64,000 bases of DNA from Eledone cirrhosa (GCA_964016885.1 OZ024747.1:26846001-26910000); one strand, 5' to 3'. Positions 38,461-53,767 are shown, counted from the first letter of the stretch. Translations and numbers: made by a program. Notes: generated from the letters alone by a model not told the origin.

Positions 38461-41045
38461 AATAATAATAATAATAATGAAATTATTGTGTAAAGTGCTC
38501 AGGTGCACTACAACTCGTCAAAGGTGTATGTATAGTACATAGAATAATACACAAATGTCAGAGAAGTGAATAGTGTATGAGTCATGGTATACATGTGTGT
38601 ATGTGTATGGAGGGGGAACATTAGCTGTAGTGTTGGCGGATCTCGGGAAGCATGGAGGCCTTAAAGGATGCAGTGTCTCGACAGCTAACAACTGATGCAG
38701 GTAGTTTGTTCCATGCTTCAGCAACTCTGGACGTGAAAAAATGTTTCCGAAAGTCATGGGAACTGTGCTGTTTTCTTACTTTGTGGGCATGTCCACTTGT
38801 GTTAGACACATGGAAATCAAAAAGGTACTCAGGGTTGTTGTTGGCAAGATGGTTAACAATTTTGTGGGTGTTTACCAAGTCAGTTGCCAGGCGTCGGAGC
38901 TTCAATGTATCCATTCCCAGGGAAGCAAGGCGCTCAGAGTATGGTAGATGCCTGATGGAGGGTATTCACTTGGTTGCACGTCTCTGAACAGTTTCCAGGC
39001 AGTCAATGTTCTGAGCAAGATAGGGGTTCCAGACTGGTGATGCAAATTCTAAGTGTGGCCGCACCATAGCCATGTACAGCCTTAAATAGATATCTGGAGA
39101 GCGGCTGACAAAGGTCTTGCTGAGTGATGCTAAGACACCCTCGGCCCTCTTGACAATTTTAGAGACGTGCTTCGTCCAACGCAAATCGCTGCTGACCGTA
39201 ATGCCCAGTTCACGTTCACAAGAAGACTTCTTGATATTAGTGCTATGGAGGGAGTATGTGGACGCTGGGTTTTTACTCCCAAAATGCATGGTGGTGCACT
39301 TGTCCACAGCTAGCTTGAGTTGCCAGTCTGTTGCATTGTGTCCAGGTGGTGCACTTTCCCACAGCTAGCTTGAGTTGCCAGTCTGTTGCATTGTGTCCAG
39401 GTCAGACTGCAAGCAAGATCTATAGTGTTCAGGATCTGTCCTTTTTATCTCAAGGTACAGCTTGATGTCATCTGCGTACTTTAGTACCGTGGCATTCTTT
39501 AAGTTGGCATCTATGTCATTAATATATGCCACAAACAAAAGGGGGCCAAGAACAGATCCCTGTGGTACACCAGATGACATCTCATATGGTGAGGAATGCT
39601 GTCCCAGAACCGTGACTACCTCTCTTCGACTGAGAATGAAGGACTTCAACCAGTTAAAAAGATCATCCTTCACACCCATTGCAGAGAGTTTTGCCATAAG
39701 TCTTTTGTGTGGCACAGAATTGAAGGGTTTCGCAAAGTCAGGGTAAACAACATCCACCCATGAGCTGCCATCAGTGATCCGGGTGATGTCCTCAAGAAAC
39801 TCTATAAGTTGATCACAGCAACTGGAGTTGGGGATAAATCCAAATTGCGAGGGCCGGATAAGACTGTGAGAGCTCCAGAAGTTCCAAAGTGTTTCTCTGA
39901 CACAAGATTCCATCATTTTGGCGATGCAACTAGTAAGACTGACTGGACGATAGTTCACAGGTGATGTGCGGTCACCCTTTTTGAACAGAGGAATGACACT
40001 GGCAGTTTTCCACTGTTCTGGAGTAGCACTGTTGTTCAGACAGAATTGGAAGAAGCGTGATAACTGGTGCAGAAGGAAGTACCCACCACATTTAAGAAGC
40101 AGGTACGTAACACCATCAAGACCAGGAGAGGCATGGTTGCGTTTATTTTTTAGGTGACGTCGCAGCATTGCAGGTGTAAATTCCATTGTTGTAATAGAGT
40201 CCGGTGTCATAGGTGGTGGAGATGGTACACTCTGGTCTTCAATAGTGAAAATGTCTGCATAGCATTCAGCAATGAGCTCTGCGCATTCCTTGGGGTCGTC
40301 AGTAACCTGGCTTGTGTGGGGATTGCGAAGAGGACCAACTGGAGAGTGAGGCCTCTGCTTTGAGTGAACATACTTCCAGAACACCTTACTGTCAGGGCTG
40401 GTTGCTATGCACTGCTCAAATTGAAGCACTGCCCTTTTTGTCACCTATTTGAGGTGGTTGGACGATCTATTTCGCCTCTTCCTATTAATGTCTGATTTGT
40501 GAAGTTTGTACTCACGTTCAGCATTGCGCCGTTCTTTTCTGGCAAGACGGACTGCTGCAGTCTCCCAAATTGCACTTTTGGGATGTTTTTTCTGCTTACA
40601 TGGCACCGATGCTGCACATGCTGTCCATATTGAGCTCAGGATGTTCTGGAGTACAGTGTTGACATCTCCAGAGTCGTAGAACTCAAGCCAGTTTGGCCGT
40701 TGCAACTCGGTCCAGTAACAGTTCCAGTCTGCTTTATTCCAGTCAAAGTGAGCAGTTTGGAGATGGTTGTGGTTCTTGTTACTGCCCATGAGGGATAGAT
40801 TGGCAATGATCATAGCATGATCAGAGTCACCTAAAGGTTCCTCAGCAGTAACACTAATGACCGTTTCAGGAGTAGTGGTGAAGAGTAGGTCCAAAGTGTT
40901 GTCACCTCTTGTTGGGGAGGTGACCACCTGGGACCAACTTGAGTCCAGCACTAGCTCAAGGAAGTCATTTGCACTTGGCGGCCAACGAAAGGTTTCCCAG
41001 TCAATCTCAGGGTGATTGAAGTCTCCTGCAATGAAAACATATTCC
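38461..41045 (-). mobile_element. CR1-like LINE copy, disrupted
   Basis: APE end (AGDFNHPEIDW..PTRGDNTLDL..SDH) plus RT. In-frame stop near 40445, an internal duplication of about 55 bp at 39290-39402, frameshifts, and the (ATT)n tail at 38461. Confidence 0.92.
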
Positions 41046-43099
41046 TGGATATGTATTTGGTCCCAAGCAGTATTAGAATTAGAAACCACTATGCCAGTAT
41101 CATCATCATCATCATCATTTAATGTCTGTTATCCCAGCTATCAAAAGTTGGACAGGTCATCACAGACCAAATCAGTAGCGAAACAGAGCGGCTGACCATT
41201 TAGTCGGACTAGGTTGCCCACATCTTGCTAACATACAATTCCATCAGCACTAGGGAGAATGACATGTCTTTGAGACATCTGAAGAATATCCCTTATCTTT
41301 TGTTTGGTAGATTTTCTACAGATGGATGTCTTTCCTATCACTAACCACTTTACAGAGTGTACTGGGTGTGTTTTTTTATGTTGATCACCAGCACTAGGGA
41401 GGTTGTCATTTCCTGACATTGCTGAAGACTCCTTCCAACTCTTTGTTTGACAGTGTCTTAGTGGAAAATGGAATTACTACCCACAGTTGAGAAACAAATG
41501 TTCATAGTTCAAATCCAATCTGAGAGCATATATATGTGTCTAGGAATAAGAAAAATTGATGAAGATTTGAGATCAGACTGGTCAAAATCTACTGTAGATA
41601 TCATGAGCAACAATTTTACATTGACTTTACACACTGACATATGTTAGACAGAACTTTTTGAGGCAATGTTTTATGCCAGATGCTCTTTCCTGACACAGTT
41701 GCTTTTACAACATACAGTGATACAGTGTGCCTATTCTAAACTACATGCAGATTGTAAATATACACTCTAATGAAGAAATCTTAAAAATTATAATTTTAAT
41801 AAATTAATTTGTATTAGTTATTTTCAACTTTGCCCAAGAAAAATCTATAAGTTGTGATAAATCTATAGTTCTAAATTTATATATTCTTTTATTCTTTTAT
41901 TGATTTCAACCAATAGAATGTGGCACCAACTTGGAAATTTTTAGTCAATCATATTGACCCCAGAACTTATTTTTTCAAGTTTGGTACTTATCTTATCAAT
42001 TGCTTTTTGTTAAACTGCTAAGTTAAAGGATACAAACAAATACAAACAGACAGACATACAATGAACTTCTGCACAATTTCTGTCTATCAAATTTAATGCA
42101 TAACACATTGGTGAATGCAGTGTGACTAAACCCAACCCATGTGGTTGTGAAATAAATGCCTACTTTAAGAATGAGACTGCACTTATGTTGTGGGGCATCA
42201 TTTTTTTCACCCATTTATTCCTGGAAATCACTACAGTTTTGATGTATTAAGGTTGGTACCGTTCATTCCAGTGCACATTGGGACATAACAAAATAGGTAG
42301 AGACAAGTTATGACTTTAGGCAAATTACACAAATATAGAGTGTGGAAGGGTTTAGCCAAAGGAGAAAAATGTAGAAAGGAGAGAAATAGGGAAGCAGAAG
42401 AGAAAGGATTGTTGTCCAACATGCAGACAAAAAAGGACACTGAGGCATAGAAAAGGAAAGAAGGGAGAATAGGGAAATCAGACCAGGCAGTGTGATGTCT
42501 ATTATATGATAGTTTCATAAAAAGCCCACATGACTATGTCTATATACATATATATATATATCGTGTAGGTGTCACGACAAAAAATACCCAGCATACACTA
42601 TCAATGTGGTTGACGTTAGGAAGGGCATCCAGCCGTAGAAAACCAGCCCCAAAACACCCAGCACACACTTTAGATATGGTTGGCATTAAGAAGGGCATCC
42701 AGCCGTAGAAAACCAGCCAGAAACTCTCCTATATGAGCGAGACACAGTCACCCGACCCAACTTGCCTCAAATGGGACAAACCCGTCTAACCCATGCTAGC
42801 GTGGAAGATAGACGTTAATCGACGACGATGATGGTGATTATATAATTGATATAAAATTCCATCTTTAATTTCTACAAACAGAAATGAAAAATGGAATTTG
42901 AACAACAACTTTGGTTTTCCTTTTGTATTAATTATTTATGCTCTGAAGCTTTCACTGTCTTCATCTACCAGTATCATAACCCTTTGGAGCACACATTTGA
43001 CTTGGATTCCTGCATGCTGTAGACCTGAATAATGCATTCAACTTGATGCACCTTACCAAAATAATACTGGATTATTCCACTCTCATTATCTATCTATTT

Positions 43100-43927
43100 A
43101 TTCATTCATTCATTCATTCATTCATTTCATTTTACGTCCGCTTTTTCCCTGCTTGCAAGGGTGGGACGGGAACTGATTCTGGCTTGATTTCTACAGCTGG
43201 ATGCCCTTCCTAACACCAACCTCATTTACAGTGAGTGCTGGGTGCTTTTTTGCCGTGGCACCTCCACGACCACTTTGCAGTGGAATGATATGGATCCCAG
43301 TCCTTATCATCTCATTTCTACAGCTGAGTAAACTGGAGCAATGTGAAATAAATACATCGAGTTGAATGCAGAAGTAAAGTGTTTCCTTTCTATACCCAAT
43401 GTTATTACTATATCCTGTTATGTCTAGTTGTTTCACTAAAATGTTTATATTTAATTCTATTTCATGGAAGTTTACTTCAACGATATTCTAGATATTAACA
43501 ATGATATACTGTTTATATACTAATATAAACACTCATGGCTATTTATACAACAATGGCTGACATTCTATGATAGTTTGATGTGTATCATCATCATCATCAT
43601 CATTTCATTTTACGTCCGTTTTTTTCCCTGCTTGCAAGGGTGGGACGGGAACTGATGCTGGCTTGATTTCTACAGCTGGATGCCCTTCCTAACACCAACC
43701 TCATTTACAGTGAGTGCTGGGTGCTTTTTTGCTGTGGCACCTCCATGACCACTTTGCAGTGGAATGATATGGACCCCAGTCCCTATCATCTCATTTCTAC
43801 AGCTGAGTAAACTGGAGCAATGTGAAATAAAGTGTCTTGCTCAAGGAAACAACACATCACTCGGTCTGAGAATTGAACTCACAACCTTTCGATTGCAAGG
43901 CCAATGCTCTAACCACTAAGCCATGTG
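43100..43927 (-). mobile_element. Two CORE-type SINE copies (about 43100-43352 truncated; 43585-43927 near full length)
   Basis: Same family sequence as 18835. Confidence 0.85.
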
Positions 43928-46900
43928 TATATGTTTCATAATGGGTGGTAGACTTAATCTGACACCCACATGTGTCCTGGATGCATTTAAGGGAGTCCAC
44001 TCTGTTACAAAGACTCAGGCCTGGTCTCTGATTCAAAAATAATTTCCTTACTTTCTCCCACTAGTCTCCAGGATCCCCAAAAGAGGTCATTGGCACTGCA
44101 CTGCCTTTTTGGTCTAAGCTATAAAAAAAATATATGGCACAATTATTCATACCTTCACCTACACATGTACACACATGCTCACTCATGTGCACACACACAT
44201 AAACACACTGTCATTCATCACACCTAACATATTTACTCAAATACAATACAATTTGAATATAATATCACCATTACCACTTTTTTTTAGCTAATAATCATTA
44301 ATATATTTTGTGGCATCTTTAAATTTTGACTATTCTATGATTGGAAGTTTAAATTTTGCACTGTAGGCAATACAATCACACTTCTGAAAAATATTTTCAC
44401 TATAAACATATATCAGTTAGATAATATTTTAAACTGCAATCATTTAATTTAAATAATCACATTTAAGCATCCACACAGTGTATAACTACTCACCACCAGC
44501 ATTATAAACAGAATTAACAATTACCATTAGATGCATACATTGTTTCATAACCACAAGCAATGAATTGTATATATTAGTAGTTAGATGTTAAAGGGCTCCT
44601 GCCTTCGATTTTTTGTGTACACTCGAGTATAAGACTACCCCACAATTTTGAACCTGATTTTTTTGTATTAAATTTCTCACAGTTATACACTAGTAAATAT
44701 GTTAAATGCATATCCTGTATATATTTTAATTCTTTCTTGGGTTTCATTCATTAAACTGTTGCTATGTTAGGGCACCACCTTCATTTAATTGATCATATTC
44801 ACCTCAGTACTTATCTTTTCAAGACTGGTACTTATTTTATCAACCACTTTTTTGTTGAACCACTATGTTATGGGACATAAACACAGACATAGACATAAAC
44901 ATATGTTAATGATCATGATGATGATGATATATATATCTATATCTCTCTCTATATAAAGCATCATCAGGTTCCATCTACCAAATTCCACTCCCAAGGCATT
45001 GTTCAACCCAGGGCTATAGTAGTAGACATTTGCCCAAAATACCTTCAATAGAACTGAACCCAGATCACATGGTCTGTGAAGTGAACTCTTCGACCACGCA
45101 GCCATGCCTGCACTACCCAGTGCGCGTTGGAGATCTGTAATTTGCTTTATGTATGGCCGACACTCCACTAAGTGCTCAGGAAAGGTTTCCATATCTTTGA
45201 CACAACTGAGAGTCCACCCAACCCTTTTGTTTGGCAAGATTCCTACAGTTGGACGCCCTTCCTATCACCAACCACTTTATAGCATGTACTGGGTGTGTTT
45301 ATTGTGTAGATCACCAAACACTAAGGAGGCTGTCATGTCCTTGACACGACTGAAGGCTCCTCCCAACCCTTTGTTTGTTTAGCCCTCTTTGGCTAAATGC
45401 CCTTCCCATCACCAACCGCTTCAGAAGAGTGGGGGAGAAGCTGCTAGGAATGGGGGGAGGGGCATCTGCGGTGGGGTTGAAGTAGTGTTGTTGAGGATAA
45501 CTGCTGGGAGTGTTAATAGGTGGGTGGTCATGGGGGTTGGTCAGGTCACATTGTATGCTGCAGGTCGGGTCTTCCTCAGCACTGCATAGCGCGAGCCCTT
45601 GCAGTCTGTAGTAATTTCTGTTGTGAGGTTTAGTTTTTAAGGTCAATTTTCATGACCTCATCCCATGTCTTCCTGGGTTTTTCTGCATTTCTTTATGTAA
45701 CTGCTATCTTCCATGCACAGCACATGCCCATACCAACACAGTCTTCTCTCTTGCACACTACATCCAACTCCTCTTATGCCAAGTTTTTCCCATAGTTTGC
45801 TTATGTTATGTCGCTCATGCACACTAACATTATACATCCGTCAGAGCATATTCATTTCTTTATATATGTGTATATATATATATATGTAATCTATTGTTGG
45901 AATGTGGCAGTATTGGTGTCACAATAAAATATGCTCAGCACTCAGCGCACACTAGAATGTGGAAGTACTGGTGCCATGATAAAATGCAAAATAATCCTGG
46001 TACACACCATGAAGTGGTTGGCATTGGGAAGAACATCCAGCCATAAAAACCATTACAAAATTGAATGTATTAGTTAAAAACAGTCATCTGACCTGTCTGC
46101 TTAGCCTCAGAGTGTGACAACCTGTCTGACTCAGGCAAACATGGAACATAGACATAAAACAGAGATGATGATGATCCTAAGATTTTGGGTTTATTCCATT
46201 GAGAAGCTAGTTCCTAATTAAAAAAAATGAGCTACTTTATTCAAATTTAGAAATTTACACACTAAACTTTAGAAAAGTTTCGAATATTTTCTCTGATCTA
46301 GTTACAGATTGGATTTGTAGAAATTCAATGGCTTTTTTTAAATTTTACCTGCCATGTCTAATTTTCAACACTAAGTAATTTTACCTTGGTTACTAATTAT
46401 TATCATTGTCATAATACCTTCCACCATCAATATATGTTACATTTTAGTTTATTGTTAATTCATATCATATGTCCATACCAACGCATACATTGGCTGATGA
46501 CTTCAATTCTTAATGACTTATACCACATGAAACCGCATTAGTTAGACATTCTTGAAGAGTATAAAACATCACTATGACAACATCATATTAAAAATGAAAG
46601 TTTTTACTGTAATACTGTAAATTTTCAGAATGTTTTATCCACTGGTAAAAATATCATATATATACATTTGAATTAACAAAATCATTGCAGGATGTTAAGA
46701 GTTAATAATACCTAGTTACTATTTTAGCTCACTGATATGATGCAGTTCATGCAATTCATAATATAACATCCATTTAATCATACTATGTTGTAGAAATACA
46801 GAGTTTTTTGCTGACATAGGCCTTGTATATCACAAATATTATTAGTGTTACTCACTGACATACAAACCATTCATGTAAAAGGCCAGTTTTAGCAAGACAA

Positions 46901-47059
46901 TGACATAATTTCTCTTACATGTAATTTCTCTCATGTAATTTCTCTTACATATTCTATTGTAAACAACAAATAAACTTTCTATTGTAAACAACAAATAAAC
47001 TAATTTTATTTCATTCCCTCAATGCATTTGCGCAGCATAAAAAACCAACAACTCCATAA

Positions 47060-50000
47060 TGCCTACTGACCAGAGAAGGCCATTGACAGAGTATCTTATT
47101 CTATTATCTAGTGGTCCTTAAGAAAATTAGGTGTTGAAAAATTACTTGTGAAAGCAATGCAAGCCATGAACAGAGGAGCTGTTAGTAAAGTGATAGAAAG
47201 AAGTGAGTTTAATGAGAAATTCAAGGTACAGGTAGGAGTTCATTAGGGATCGGTTCTCTGGATGTGCAATGTAAATGTGAGAGAGAGGCAGATCTTGGAT
47301 GAACTGAGGGAGAAACTGGGTTTAAGAGGAATCCGAAGTGGTGTGCAAGAGAGAAGACTACATTAGTATGGGTATGAGGTGTGCGTGGATGATGATTGCT
47401 GGGTGAAGAAGTGCTAGGAAATCCTAGTGGAAGGAATTCATAGTAGATGTAAACCAAGAAAGATCTGGGTGAAGGTAGTGAGAGCTGATCTCAAGTCACT
47501 GAGACTCACAAAGGAAATGATGAAAGAATGCAATGAGTGGAGAAATGCCATGCTGAGAAGGACCCATCCAACACATGCAAGCATGGAAAAACGGGCGTAA
47601 AAACAACAATGATGATATCTTTTTCAGACAAGATGGCAAAAGCACTGTCATGAAGAAGAGCCAGTGATATCTGATGCATCAGCTGCTTTACTTTATGGGG
47701 TTCTTGCTTTAAGTATGGTACGGTTATTCCAATTTATTAGGGAATAGAAGCAGTCTAGAGGCTGAGGATATCAGAGGTGTCAAAAAGGAATTTGTTTGTT
47801 AATCATTTTGATACTAAACTGCCTCAAACTATCCTCATTCTATGATACTAATTTTTATTTCACACTCTTTTTATTTACTTAAAACCTTCCATCATAATTT
47901 TATGTAAGAACTTTTGGTGAGCTACGCTCTAGATACCATATAAATCATGATTTCTAATTTAGGCACAAGGTCAACAATTTGTAGAAAGGGGATAGCTGAA
48001 TATATAGACTCCAGTATATGACTGGGACTTTTATTTATTGATCCTTTAAGCATAAAAGGCAAAGTTTACTGGTGGGATTTGAACTCCAAATGCAAAGTGC
48101 TAGAGATAAATACTGAAAAGCATTTTGTCTGGTGCTTTAATGATTCTGCCAATCCATCACCCTCATACCAGATAAAAATGAAAGTTACTAAACTCTTTGA
48201 AATTCTTGATTATTTTCAAAATTATTTAAAAAACAGGCAGTCTTCATTATAAATATGGTAATGAAAGAGGTAATAGCTCATAAAGTGTTCAAAATATATT
48301 GGATTTTAGGATGGTCTATGTCTTTGAACACATGTTTTCTATGATGTATCCAGTCAGTTGTATTATATAATGAGGTGTAGAGTTACATATTGTTTACATA
48401 AAGATTTAAAAGAGGTTTAGAAACAGAGTTTGTCCAGGTCAGCAATGGACTCATATTAAATCAAATGTTTAATTGAAGTGTCATCTGAAATATGCACATA
48501 CTGGTAACAAAAGAAGAGCTTTACTAGATCATATTTGTATTCAATATAGGCAAGGATGGGAGTGGGCAACAGTTTTGTCATCCTATCTAATAATATATCA
48601 GTAATAATATATCAGACACCAACTATCATGTTCTCATCTTAGACTTTATGACTATTTAAATGTTTGTTCAACTAGATACATTTAATATAGGTTGAGAATT
48701 TTCTATTAGTGTATAGTAGCAAAGGAAAATTCACATCTGAACATCAATAACTTAGCAAAGACGAAATTCCTAATAAGTAGGAAAGAAGACAAGAGACTGA
48801 TACCATCAGGGAAGTTGCCTCATTCAAAATGCCAGAACGAGGTGGACAGAAATTCCATTAGGTGCATACAGTGTAATTTATGGATGCACAAGAGATGTAG
48901 TGGGATTTCAGGTAGGTTAATGGAGAAGATAAATTTTATATGTGGTAGATGGACAGGAGAAGTAAACACGTAGAGCACATGTGAAATTGATACCTTCAGT
49001 TTCCAGGGAAGCTCCTTAAAAGTTGTTGACAGCTTTTGTTACCTAGGTCACAAAATCAGCATTTAGGGAGGATGCTCTAAAAGTGTAATAGCTAGGTTAA
49101 GAACTGGCTGGAAGAAACTGGTACCTCTGCTGATAACGGCTTTTCTCTCAGAATGAAAGATAGGCTGTGTGATGCCTGCATGCAAATGGCAATGCAACAT
49201 GGCAGTGAAACATGGGTCTTGACTACAGAAAACCTGCAAAGACTGAAAAGAAATGAAACAAGTATGCTCCAATAGATGTGTAACATTAGTGTGCATGAAC
49301 TATACAGCATAAGCTAGATGAGAAAAAACTTGGTATGAGAGAAATTGGATGTAGTGTGTAAGACATGGACATGTGATGTGAATGGAAGATGACAGCTGAG
49401 TAAAGAAATGCAGAGAAATCTCAGAGATTGGGATCCATGGAAGAGGCAGATCCAAGAAGACTTGGCATGAGGTAATGAAGACCAGCTTTAAGAAGCTGAA
49501 CCTCACAATCCCATCCATACCCATCAACTATCACTCCTTAGTTATTTTTACCATCACAGACCCCCACCCCCACTCCCAGTGACGACTCTCTCCATTTTGG
49601 TGCACCCCCTTCTACCACACCTTAACTATTCTCGCCATCATTACATCACCCTCATATGCTATCTACCATTCCATCCATGCCCTACCACTATCACCTTTTA
49701 GCTATTCTCCCCATCACTATATACCCCCTCTAAAAATCCTGACACATCTGTGACTACTCCCCTATGCCATCATAGATCACGCCTTCCTTCCTTCACACTC
49801 ATCAACCCTTAAATCTCACCACATCTACCATGCATGACACCATACATATCTTCCATCACTCTCTCTCTCCTCCAACACCCCCTCAGTGGAAGCAATAACT
49901 GATAATTTCTCAAGTATTGGTAATCTACACAGTCAACTCACCCAGTACACACTGTAAAGTGGTTGTTTTTTTTTTAGATATATATATACATATGAATATA

Positions 50001-50655
50001 TATGAGAAAGCATTTGACAGAGTCCATTGTTCCCCAAACTGGTGGGCCCTCAGAAAAGTAAGGGTAGATGAGTGGCTTGTGAGGGCAGTATAAGCCATGT
50101 ACAGAGGGGCAACCAACAAAATCAAAATTAACAATGATTATAGTGAGGAATTTAGCATGCAGGGGGTGGCCCAACAGGGCTCCATCCTCTGGCCCCTCTT
50201 GTTCATTATTGTCCTGCAGGCTATAACAGAAGAGTTTAAGACTGATTGCCTATGGGAATTCCTATATGCTGATGATCTGACCATCATAGCTGAATCTGAC
50301 AGAATTTGAGAAGAAATTTCAGACATGGAGGTGTAGCTTGGAAACAAAAGGCCTTAAAATGAACTTGGAAAAGACTAAAATCCAAATGAGAAGAAAGGAA
50401 AGCAGAGCCCTGTTTCCCTCAGGAAAATGGCGCTGCTCGGTGTGCAGGAAAGGAGTAGGTAGAAACTCTATCCTGCATCCCAAAGGCAAATTATGAATAC
50501 ACAAGAGATCTAGTGGGAACTCAGGCATGCTAGCAAACAACATAGATTTCATATGTGAACTTTGCACAGGGGCAGTAAGCAAAAGTCCACAGGAAACAAG
50601 CTCTTTTAAATACACAAAGGACTCCATAACACTAGTTGACAGTTTCTGCTACCAC
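47060..50655 (+). mobile_element. Cluster of degenerate PHD-RTE fragments (about 47060-47620, 48750-49505, 50000-50655)
   Basis: QGSILWPLLFIIVLQAITEEFKT..LYADDL, WRCSVCRKGVGRNSI, HGSETW and GRSKKTW remnants. Confidence 0.75.
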
Positions 50656-52673
50656 TGCATGTGTGTTAATATATATTATATATGTATATTGTGTATTATG
50701 TATTATATGAGTTTATATACATGCATGTATGGTATATATATCATATATACGCCTACCCCAAAAACCACTATGAGCAAGATACAGCACAGCCAACTGGCAA
50801 GACTTGTCTCATAATGGTGCCACCCAGTTCTACACTGTAAACCTGTTGGCGTTAGGAAAGGCATCCGGCAACCATAAAAACTCAATCTAAATATGACCCC
50901 ACTATGAGCAAGACATGGTGCTGCCAACTGACCAGATTTGTTTCATAACGGTGCCACGCAGCTCCACACTGTAAATATGGTTGGTGTTAGGAAGGGCATC
51001 CACAGCCGTGAAAACCCAGCCAACATACAGTCCTGATATGTGCCAGGTACAGCTTGGGCTTCTGGCCACATTGTTGTGGTGTAAGTATGGCCACTGCCTT
51101 CAGTCGTTTTTCTTGGTGTCACACCTTATTAACTTTTGTGTTTACACAGGGTGATAATGTTTAACTTCTTGCTCCATTGAGTGCTTTGGGATTACCTGAA
51201 ATAATTTGATTAGTACCTGCTATATTGCTGCTACAATTTCGATTTATCCCCAATATTATTATTCTCCTAGCTTCATGTATACAATCAATAATACGTTAGT
51301 TACCTTTGTTTACAAAAGCTAGTTGAGAGTTTTTGTTTTGAGGCTGTGAGTTTCTCTTTGTTCTCACACCCTGAAAATACTGCCAAAATTGGGCCAGCCT
51401 CCGTCTCTCTTGAGAAAGGTCACATGACAGCACAGGCAGACTTACTACTATAGTTAAATGCCTATGTCAACTGACATAGGCAATGGGTAATGGGACCACT
51501 ATGTTGTATCTGTTCCACCTTTCTCCATTCTGTATTCAAACCTTGCCAAGATCAACTTTGCCTTTCAACCTTTTGGGGATTGATAAAATGAAGTACTAGT
51601 CCAGGGCTGTGTGCTGGAAGAATCATTAGAGCACCTGACTCGATGCCTTATGATATTCATTCCAGCTCTTTGCATTCTAGGTTGGAATATTACTGTGGCT
51701 TACTTGGGTAGCAGACTTAATCTATCACCCATTTTAACATGGCCTTTGTGTACCTTTGGCAGAATCCATTTCATTGTAAACAGTTGAAGTAGGTCTCTGG
51801 TTTAACGATACTTTCCTCCTGCTCTCCCACTACTCTTCGAAGCCCTGAAAAATATTATGGAATCTTCCCTCCCTTCTATGACTAAACCATAAAACTAGAA
51901 CCACATTATTCACACTCTTCTTTTAAGACAGTGGGGTGTGACTACATGGAGATGTTTTTCTTATTTCTAGAAAGTTGAACAACTACATAGAACTTTATTT
52001 ATTGAGTCATGCTATGATGATGGTGTAGCAGTGTTGTGACGTGTTATAGGTGTATCTGGATATATGGAGTAATTTGAGAAAAACAAATAGTAAGATGAAA
52101 CTCTAGAAAAAGTGTTTACAACTTGATGAATTATTTTTTTAAAATACTAGTCACTCAACTGTAAAAGATGTTAACTTGACACAATGAAACATGACATAAA
52201 TATGTCTCAATTAGGATTAATATCCTGTAAGGATTTGGGAGAAAATATATAAAACCAGGTTTGTAAATGATGATGATGATGATGAAATATATATGTGTGT
52301 GTGTGTAATATATATATATATATATACCTAATAATCCTTGCGCTTTCTCTTCTGTTCCTCTAATTTACAGCATTTATAGTCCTTTCCAATACTACTTTCT
52401 TTTTCTATATGTTTTACAAAATATTAAATTCTTTTTTTTATTTTTGTTTAATTTTACCATAGGAATATGCCTTGTAAAGGCATATGACCACATTCCTCAG
52501 GATCTGCTGTGGAAGGTTCTGCAGGAGTATGGGATTGATGGTCAGCTCCTTGCTGTCCCGATGTCTCTATACGAATGTCCAAGTATTTGTGTTCAGATAA
52601 ATGGTGCTAAATCAAAACCATTCAATGCACCAAACGTGCATACTGTTACTTCTCCTCTTCATTATTTACATAT

Positions 52674-52855
52674 TGGCAGTATCGGTAGAGGGTCGAACGC
52701 CATGCTTTGCAGCATAGAGTTACGGCCCTTGCCATTCTGAGTTCAAATCCCGCTGAGATTAACTTTGCCTTTCATTCTTACGGGGTCGATAAAATAAAGT
52801 ACGAGTCATGTACTGGGATAATTGCTGGCCTTGTGCCAAAAGTAGAAACAATTAT
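52674..52855 (+). mobile_element. Meta/MESC-like SINE inserted in an RTE RT relic (about 52465-53035)
   Basis: The SINE is flanked by a cattatttaca/aattatttaca duplication and interrupts KAYDHIP..LWKVLQEYGI / IYMNRID..FAHDMVL. Confidence 0.8.
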
Positions 52856-53454
52856 TTACATGAACAGGATTGACATGCGTAACCAGGTTGGAAGTAGTAT
52901 CATGACTGGTGGGTGTACAATTAACTGGCTGGAATTTGCACACGACATGGTGTTACTTAACTCAACAGAAGGTGATCTCAGACTTGCACTCAATAGGTTT
53001 GATATCGAGTGCTGCATGGCTGGAATGAAAATCACTCATCAATACCTCATCTCACACCACTTGTGTTCATCTCACACCACCTGTGTTCATCTCACACCAC
53101 CTGCAATGTTATGTTGCATTCTAAACATTATTGAAGCAACCCAAGACACTGCATTACCTGACATGATAGTGGGTTGCTCAATTCCATACTACAACAGATG
53201 TGGGCATTGCATTCTAAACATTAACATGGCAAGCCTAGACATATTACTACTGTTGATAGTGGGTCTCACAATTACACACTACAACAGGGAATGTTAATAC
53301 CTTCTAAAGATGTTTGGGGTAAGCCAACACACTCACAGCATTACCACTGGTGATAATGTATCCCTAAATTCCACAATACAACAAGGAATGTTGGTGTTTC
53401 CTTCTAAAAATTTTTGACGTAAGCCAAGACACTCACATCATTACCACAGTCGAT

Positions 53455-53765
53455 AGCGAAGCTAAGGCACTGGAGGAATAGCCAAGCACCTTCACCAGCA
53501 TCACCTTACACTTCAGTAAGTCCATGTGATAACAAGACTAAAATACTGGAGGAATATCCAAGTGCCTTCACCAGGAGCATCACCTGATATTTCATAATGG
53601 GTAGATAATAGCAGGGCTAAAACTGTGGAGGAATAGCCAGGCACCCTCATTGGGAGCAATACCTGATACCTCAGAAAAGGCAAGAGATTAAAGTGCTGGA
53701 ATATTCAAGCATCACTACAAGCATCACCTGATACTTCAGTAAGGCGAGGAGATAAGGAAGCTAAC
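53455..53765. repeat. Degenerate minisatellite of about 70-80 bp (continues at 56221-56346 beyond the CR1 insertion)
   Basis: Unit approx. gctaaggcactggaggaatagccaagcaccctcacaagcatcacctgatacttcagtaag, about 6 units in total. Confidence 0.75.
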
Positions 53766-53767
53766 GG

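Noticed and set aside
41480-41540. Candidate minus-strand exon with a strong acceptor
   Set aside because: It overlaps a decayed SINE/tRNA B box (gttcaaatcc) and the donor is weak.
47629-47718. Candidate + strand exon (TRWQKHCHEEEPVISDASAALLYGVLALSM)
   Set aside because: The acceptor abuts an RTE tail and no homology or partner exons were found.
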